A DNA stretch of 64,000 nucleotides from Sulfitobacter sp. Its GTDB lineage: Bacteria > Pseudomonadota > Alphaproteobacteria > Rhodobacterales > Rhodobacteraceae. Positions 58,265 through 64,000 of the stretch are shown piece by piece (positions within the stretch are counted from its first letter, which is position 1; each line of letters begins with the position of its first letter). Location: positions 14,195 through 78,194 of the forward strand of contig JAGXFI010000065.1 in the NCBI GenBank assembly GCA_024637305.1. Reading direction: 5' to 3'. The position numbers and the translations under genes are program-made. Under the pieces are notes generated by a model. It was not told the origin of the DNA, did no database searches, and worked only from the letters and a program-made list of their open reading frames with translations.

Positions 58265-59383
58265 GTGGCAAGGTACGACCGCTACATGCTGTCGCAACTT
58301 CTGGTACTGTTCGGCTTTTTCGCGCTGATCCTCGTTGCGATCTTCTGGATCAACCGCGCCGTCGTCCTGTTCGACCGGCTGATCGGGGACGGCCAGACCG
58401 CCTTTGTTTTTCTGGAGTTTACCACGCTTGGTCTGCCCAAGCTGATCACGACCGTCCTGCCGATCGCCGCTTTCGCCGCCGCAGTCTACGTGACCAACCG
58501 CATGTCGGGCGAATCCGAGCTGACGGTTTTGCAGGCCACCGGCACCAGCCCATGGCGGCTGGCGCGTCCGGTTCTGATTTATGGCCTTTGCGTTGCGTTC
58601 ATGATGTCCGCCCTCAGTCATTTTCTCGTGCCGATGGCGGGTGCGCAGCTCAAGGAACGCGAGGCGGAGATATCGCGCAACGTCACCGCGCGCCTTTTGA
58701 CCGAAGGGACATTCCTGCATCCGACGGAGCACGTGACGTTCTACACCCGTCTGATCGACCCCGACGGCGTGCTGCTGGATGTGTTCCTGTCAGACAGGCG
58801 CAATCCGAAAGAAGGTGTAATTTACACGGCGGCGCAGGCCTATCTTGTCCGCAACGGAGAAGGTACCACGCTGATCATGGTCGACGGTCTGGCGCAGCGG
58901 CTCGAAGCGCAGGACAACCGCCTTGCAACAGCCAAGTTTCAGGATTTCTCATTTGATATCAGCGCACTGGTAAGGCGCGATGCGCAAGGTTCACAATCCA
59001 TCTCCGAGATGACAACCCCGAGGCTGCTCGCCTCCTGGACCGAGACACCCCAACCACCCGGCGAGATCGCCGAAGAATTCCACGATCGCTTTGCGCAACC
59101 GCTGTTCTGCATCGTCGCGGCGATGGTCGGCTTTGCGACACTGCTTATCGGCGGCTATTCCCGTTTTGGCATCTGGCGCGAGATACTGATCGCTTTCGGG
59201 CTGCTGATTGCCATCGACGGGCTGCGCGGCACCCTGGTGGACCAGGTCCGTCAAGATCCGGCAATGTGGCCGCTGATATACCTGCCCGCGTTGATCGGAA
59301 CGCTGCTGGTGCTGGCGATGCTGACCCACGCGGCACATCCCGGCTGGAGGGCACGGGCCCTGCGACGGAGGGCGGCGGCATGA
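58265..59383 (+). CDS. lptF: LPS export permease LptF
   Basis: YjgP/YjgQ pattern (DRY..ESELTV..G.SP); divergent from pepA. Confidence 0.9.
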   Translation: MARYDRYMLSQLLVLFGFFALILVAIFWINRAVVLFDRLIGDGQTAFVFLEFTTLGLPKLITTVLPIAAFAAAVYVTNRMSGESELTVLQATGTSPWRLARPVLIYGLCVAFMMSALSHFLVPMAGAQLKEREAEISRNVTARLLTEGTFLHPTEHVTFYTRLIDPDGVLLDVFLSDRRNPKEGVIYTAAQAYLVRNGEGTTLIMVDGLAQRLEAQDNRLATAKFQDFSFDISALVRRDAQGSQSISEMTTPRLLASWTETPQPPGEIAEEFHDRFAQPLFCIVAAMVGFATLLIGGYSRFGIWREILIAFGLLIAIDGLRGTLVDQVRQDPAMWPLIYLPALIGTLLVLAMLTHAAHPGWRARALRRRAAA

Positions 59384-60477
59384 TCCTGCACCGCTATTTC
59401 GCCCGGCGTTTCACAACCGGTTTCGCCCTGATTACGGCCGTTTTCGTCGCGTTGGTGATGCTGGTCGACCTGGTGGACCAGGCGCGGCGCTATTCGGGCG
59501 AAGACGTGGGTTTTTCCGAAATCCTGACATTGGCCCTGCTGAACGCGCCGCAGACGATCAATTTGATCCTGCCCCTTATCATGATCCTTGCGACCGTCGT
59601 CTTGTTCCTGTCGCTTGCCCGCAGCTCAGAGATGGTGGTGACCCGTGCTGCCGGACGCTCCGCGCTGGCGGCGCTGCTTGGTCCGGTGGTGGTTGCGCTG
59701 ATCATCGGCGGGCTTGCCGTGGCGATGTTCAACCCGATCGTGGCGGCCACGTCGAAACGTTATCAACAACTGTCCGATACCTATCGGTCAGGCGGCGTAT
59801 CTGCTTTGTCGATCAGTGACGAAGGGCTCTGGCTGCGTCAGGGCGGGGAACAGGGTCAGACGGTGATCCGCGCGTGGCGATCAAATGCCGATGCGTCGAT
59901 ACTCTATGATGTGACGTTTATTTCCTACGCACCCGGCGGCGGCCCGATCCAGCGGATCGAGGCAGATAGCGCCGCACTCGAAGGCGACGCGTGGCAGTTG
60001 AAGAACGCCAAGGCATGGCCCCTGCAGGCAGGTATCAACGCCGAAGGCAACTCCGAAACGTTCGACACGCTGGCGTTTCCATCGACGCTGACAGTCGAAC
60101 GCATACGCGAAAGCTTTGGCACACCGGCCGCGGTTTCGATCTACGAGTTGCCGCAGTTCATCCGCCAGCTTGAACAGGCGGGCTTCAGCCCGCGCCGCCA
60201 CAAGGTATGGCTGCAGTCCGAACTGGCCAGACCGCTCTTTCTGGTCGCGATGGTTCTGGTTGCGAGCGCATTCACCATGCGTCATACGAGATTTGGCGGC
60301 ACCGGTGTTGCGGTTCTGTCGGCGGTTCTATTGGGGTTCGGCTTGTATTTTATCCGCAGCTTTGCGCAAATTCTAGGCGAAAACGGGCAAATACCGATCT
60401 ATCTTGCCGCTTGGGCACCGCCAGTTGCTGCGATCCTGCTGGCGCTCGGTATCCTGTTGCACGCGGAGGACGGATAG
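59380..60477 (+). CDS. lptG: LPS export permease LptG
   Basis: SEMVVTRAAGRS, LWLRQG, AAWAPP. Confidence 0.92.
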   Translation: MILHRYFARRFTTGFALITAVFVALVMLVDLVDQARRYSGEDVGFSEILTLALLNAPQTINLILPLIMILATVVLFLSLARSSEMVVTRAAGRSALAALLGPVVVALIIGGLAVAMFNPIVAATSKRYQQLSDTYRSGGVSALSISDEGLWLRQGGEQGQTVIRAWRSNADASILYDVTFISYAPGGGPIQRIEADSAALEGDAWQLKNAKAWPLQAGINAEGNSETFDTLAFPSTLTVERIRESFGTPAAVSIYELPQFIRQLEQAGFSPRRHKVWLQSELARPLFLVAMVLVASAFTMRHTRFGGTGVAVLSAVLLGFGLYFIRSFAQILGENGQIPIYLAAWAPPVAAILLALGILLHAEDG

Positions 60478-60478
60478 C

Positions 60479-62587
60479 ATGCGCGGCTTTATCGCAGTCT
60501 TTCTGATCCTGCTCGCGATTCCGCTGCAAGCCCAGCAAGATTCCGCTGCGCTATTGGTGGCGGACCAGCTTTACATAACGCGCGAGCGGGTGCTCGTGGC
60601 TTCGGGCAATGTCGAGGCGTTTCAGGGCGAGACGCGCCTGCGCGCCGACGCCATCCGCTATGACCAGCGGTCCGGCGCGCTCAGTATCGACGGGCCGATC
60701 ACGCTGACCGACGACGAAGGCACCGTGATCCTGGCAGACGCGGCCAGTCTTGATGCAGACCTGCGCAACGGTATCCTGCGCGGCGCGCGTCTGGTCATCG
60801 CCGAGCAGTTGCAATTGGCCGCCGTCAGGATGGACCGCGTCGATGGCCGCTATAGCCAGCTCTACAAAACCGCCGTCACATCCTGCCGGGTCTGCGACGA
60901 CGGGACACCACCGCTGTGGCAGATCCGCGCAAAACGGGTCATCCATGACGAAATCGGACGCCAGCTATATTTTGACGAAGCACAGTTTCGCATCGGCAGG
61001 ATCCCTGTATTCTACCTTCCACGCCTGCGCCTGCCGGACCCGACAGTCAAGCGCGCGACAGGTTTCCTGATCCCGTCCATCCGCAGCACCTCGCAGTTGG
61101 GTGTCGGACTGAAAATTCCCTATTTCATCAAAATTGGCGAAGCCCGCGACCTCACGGTCACGCCGTATCTCTCTACATCGACCCGCACAGTCCAGCTGCG
61201 CTATCGTCAGGCATTCAGACAAGGGCAGATTCAATTCGATGCTGCATTCACCGGTGATGATCTGCGCCCGAACAAAACGCGCGGCTATGTTTTCGGTACG
61301 GGACGCTTCGACCTTCCAAGAGATTTCGTGCTTGAATTCAACGTCGAGACAACAAGCGACAACGCCTATCTCAAGGAATACGGATATTCTGACGCGGACC
61401 GCCTGAAATCGGAACTTCTCCTGAGTCGTGTGAAGCGGGATGAGTTCATCCGCGCGAGCTTTGTCAATTTCAAGACGCTGCGCGATAGCGAGGTTAACGC
61501 GACCCTGCCAACCCTCTTGCTGGACGGTGAATACGAACGCCGATTCTTCCCCCGTGCGCTTGCCGGTGAACTCCGCATGACGCTGGCCGCGCACAGCCAC
61601 CGCCGCCAGTCGGACATCGACATCGCTGGGCGCGACGTCGCCCGCCTGCACGGCGACGCGACGTATCTTGGGGGGCGGGCCTTCGGTAGCTTACGCACGG
61701 ATTGGCGGTTGGGCGCGTCCTTCAATCTCTTTGATGTGACGCAAGATTCCACAACGCCGCAAACCCAGACCGAAATCGTCCCTTTTGGCGCGCTTACCCT
61801 GCGTTATCCGTTGCTGCGCCGCGAGGCCAGTGGAGCGGCGCAGACGCTTGAGCCGATTGCGCAGATCGCCTGGACTGGCGGCGACCGGCTACCGCTTCCG
61901 AATGATGAAAGCACCCGTGTCGAATTCGATCAGGGAAATTTGCTGGCGTTGTCACGGTTTCCGCGCCCCGACCGGCGCGAACGCCACGCTGTTGCGGCCC
62001 TTGGCCTGAACTGGGCACGTATCGACCCTGATGGATGGGATGCGGCACTGAGCTTTGGCCAGGTATTCCGCGAAGACTCCGACGCCGCCTTCTCGCAAAG
62101 CTCGGGGCTTTCGGGGACCGCGTCCGATCTGCTGATCGCGGGGCAGATCGACGGGCTGTCCGGCGTGTCATTAACAGGGCGCGGGCTTTTCGAAGGAAAC
62201 ATCAATCTGTCCAAGGCCGAGCTGCGCGGTGACTGGGACTTCCGGCGCGGGCGTCTGGGGGGCAGCTATGTCTGGCTCGAAGCTGACAGCACCGAGGAGC
62301 GCGTGCAGGATGTATCGGAAGTGACACTCGACGGTGCCTTCAGGATCAACGACCACTGGACCGCCAGCGCTGATTGGCGCTATGACACGGCAGATGACCG
62401 GGCTGCGACGGCAGGCGTTGGGTTGAGCTATGAAAACGAGTGTGTCACGGTCGAGTTGAACGTCGACCGAAGGTATACTACGTCGACAAGTATTGAGCCG
62501 TCCACCAATATCGGATTTAACATCGGCCTGCGCGGGTTCTCCGCCAGCAATGGAACAGAAAGATACGTCCGCTCATGTTCAAACTGA
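60479..62587 (+). CDS. lptD: LPS assembly protein LptD
   Basis: TSCRVC..PPLWQI, RATGFLIP, YENEC; synteny. Confidence 0.92.
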   Translation: MRGFIAVFLILLAIPLQAQQDSAALLVADQLYITRERVLVASGNVEAFQGETRLRADAIRYDQRSGALSIDGPITLTDDEGTVILADAASLDADLRNGILRGARLVIAEQLQLAAVRMDRVDGRYSQLYKTAVTSCRVCDDGTPPLWQIRAKRVIHDEIGRQLYFDEAQFRIGRIPVFYLPRLRLPDPTVKRATGFLIPSIRSTSQLGVGLKIPYFIKIGEARDLTVTPYLSTSTRTVQLRYRQAFRQGQIQFDAAFTGDDLRPNKTRGYVFGTGRFDLPRDFVLEFNVETTSDNAYLKEYGYSDADRLKSELLLSRVKRDEFIRASFVNFKTLRDSEVNATLPTLLLDGEYERRFFPRALAGELRMTLAAHSHRRQSDIDIAGRDVARLHGDATYLGGRAFGSLRTDWRLGASFNLFDVTQDSTTPQTQTEIVPFGALTLRYPLLRREASGAAQTLEPIAQIAWTGGDRLPLPNDESTRVEFDQGNLLALSRFPRPDRRERHAVAALGLNWARIDPDGWDAALSFGQVFREDSDAAFSQSSGLSGTASDLLIAGQIDGLSGVSLTGRGLFEGNINLSKAELRGDWDFRRGRLGGSYVWLEADSTEERVQDVSEVTLDGAFRINDHWTASADWRYDTADDRAATAGVGLSYENECVTVELNVDRRYTTSTSIEPSTNIGFNIGLRGFSASNGTERYVRSCSN

Positions 62588-63798
62588 TCGCCCTCCCGCT
62601 CGCCGCTGCCGCCCTTACCCTGGCTGCCACTCTGCCTGTCACGGCGCAGAACCTGTTTGCGCCTGCTGCAATCGTGAATGACAGCCCGATCACGGAATTC
62701 GAGGTGCAACAGCGCCAGCGCTTTCTGCAATTGCTGAATGCGGCGCAAGGCGACCGGGAATCCATAATTGACGCCATGATCGACGAACGCTTGCGTGATG
62801 AGCTTGTGCGCGATGCGGGTCTCGAATTCAGCAGTACCGGTGTCGATCGCGCGATGGAAGATTTCGCTGGCCGTGCAAACTTGAGCCTTGAGGAATTCGT
62901 GCAAACGCTCGAACGCGCAGGCGTCGCGCGGGAAACCATGCGCGACTTCGTGCTGAGCGGTGTTATCTGGCGCGAGTATATCCGCAGCCGCTACGGAAGC
63001 CGCGTCCAGATCACAGAAGCCGAGATTGACCGCGCGCTGGCCGAACAGGGTGCCGGTGGCGGATCGAACATCCGCGTTCTGGTGTCCGAGATCATCATTC
63101 CCGCACCGCCACAGAGCGCCGCCGAGGTAAACGCGCTTGCGGTCCGGATCGCCCAGGCCACGACCGAGGCGGAATTTTCTTCCTTTGCGCGTCAGTATTC
63201 CGCCACCGCGTCGCGCGGTGCAGGCGGCCGCCTGCCCTGGACGCCGCTCAGCAATCTGCCGGCATCGCTGCAACCGGTGATCCTGTCCCTGTCACCGGGC
63301 GAGGTCAGCCAACCGTTGCCGATCCCGAACGCCGTCGCATTGTTCCAGTTGCGCGCAATCGAAGAGATGGGCGCACCGCAGCCGGAATACGCCTCCATCG
63401 AGTATGCCGCCTATTATCTGGCCGGGGGCCGATCCGAAGCGACGCTGCAACAGGCCGCTAATCTTGCTGCCGAAGTCGACGTTTGCGACGACCTTTATGC
63501 TTATGCCAAAGACCAGCCTGAAAGTGCCCTGGACCGCGAGACCAAGAAGCCGGGCGAAATTCCACAAGACATCGCCTTTGAGCTGAGCAAGCTCGACGCC
63601 GGCGAAGTGTCAACCGCCCTGACCCGATCGGACGGTCAGGCGTTGGTGTTCCTGATGCTGTGCAAACGCACTGCCGCCGGAAATGCCGATGTCAGCCGTG
63701 AGGATGTCGCGGCCAACCTGCGCCAGCAGCGTCTGGCCGGTCTGGCGGAAGCTCTGGTGGCACAACAACGCGCAGAAGCTCGCATCGTCATCAAATGA
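62575..63798 (+). CDS. surA: SurA-like peptidyl-prolyl isomerase chaperone
   Basis: VNDSPITEFEV, FSSFARQYS..GGRLPW; lptD-surA-pdxA synteny. Confidence 0.88.
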   Translation: MFKLIALPLAAAALTLAATLPVTAQNLFAPAAIVNDSPITEFEVQQRQRFLQLLNAAQGDRESIIDAMIDERLRDELVRDAGLEFSSTGVDRAMEDFAGRANLSLEEFVQTLERAGVARETMRDFVLSGVIWREYIRSRYGSRVQITEAEIDRALAEQGAGGGSNIRVLVSEIIIPAPPQSAAEVNALAVRIAQATTEAEFSSFARQYSATASRGAGGRLPWTPLSNLPASLQPVILSLSPGEVSQPLPIPNAVALFQLRAIEEMGAPQPEYASIEYAAYYLAGGRSEATLQQAANLAAEVDVCDDLYAYAKDQPESALDRETKKPGEIPQDIAFELSKLDAGEVSTALTRSDGQALVFLMLCKRTAAGNADVSREDVAANLRQQRLAGLAEALVAQQRAEARIVIK

Positions 63799-64000
63799 CC
63801 CGCCCCATCGTCCTGACCTGCGGGGAACCAGCAGGAATCGGGCCTGAAATAGCCGCAAGTGCCTGGGCGGCGCTGGCGGATAAGATGCCGATGGTCTGGC
63901 TTGGTGATCCGCGTCACCTGCCGCCTGCAACCCCGTTTGAAATGATCGACAAGGCCGCCGATGCAGCACTGGTATCCTCGCGTGCCCTGCCCGTTCTTAA
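63795..64000 (+). CDS. pdxA: 4-hydroxythreonine-4-phosphate dehydrogenase (partial)
   Basis: MTRPIVLTCGEPAGIGPEI; truncated by the window end. Confidence 0.92.
   Translation, partial: MTRPIVLTCGEPAGIGPEIAASAWAALADKMPMVWLGDPRHLPPATPFEMIDKAADAALVSSRALPVL

Overview
Chromosomal window from a marine Rhodobacteraceae (Roseobacter-clade-like) alphaproteobacterium. The right end (52.5-64 kb) is core genome: ndk, an ABC-F ATPase, marC, an aspartic protease, holC, pepA, lptF-lptG-lptD-surA-pdxA. The left ~52 kb is accessory. It holds a VPLPA-CTERM surface protein; two paralogous, convergent TRAP transporter plus acyl-CoA ligase modules around an FNR-box-linked kinase/CHAD/MgtC block; an LvaA/LvaC-like (ACAD10/11-like) kinase plus acyl-CoA dehydrogenase pair; a 12-kb co-directional, GC-rich small-molecule tailoring cluster (two sulfotransferases, two SnoaL proteins, a methyltransferase, a cupin, a 4CL-like ligase, GFA, a CoA-transferase, a GNAT) behind a wHTH-TPR regulator; an RTX-tailed choice-of-anchor-I protein; a TetR-controlled operon of tandem DUF6544-like genes facing a DevBCA-like exporter; and several gene relics (M48 peptidase, phaC, MocR). 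A 1.35-kb non-autonomous mobile element with perfect 27-bp terminal inverted repeats, subterminal hairpins and an internally deleted zinc-finger transposase sits in a hairpin between tfoX and ndk. I saw no rRNA, tRNA or CRISPR array. Family assignments come from motif recognition by eye, not database searches.
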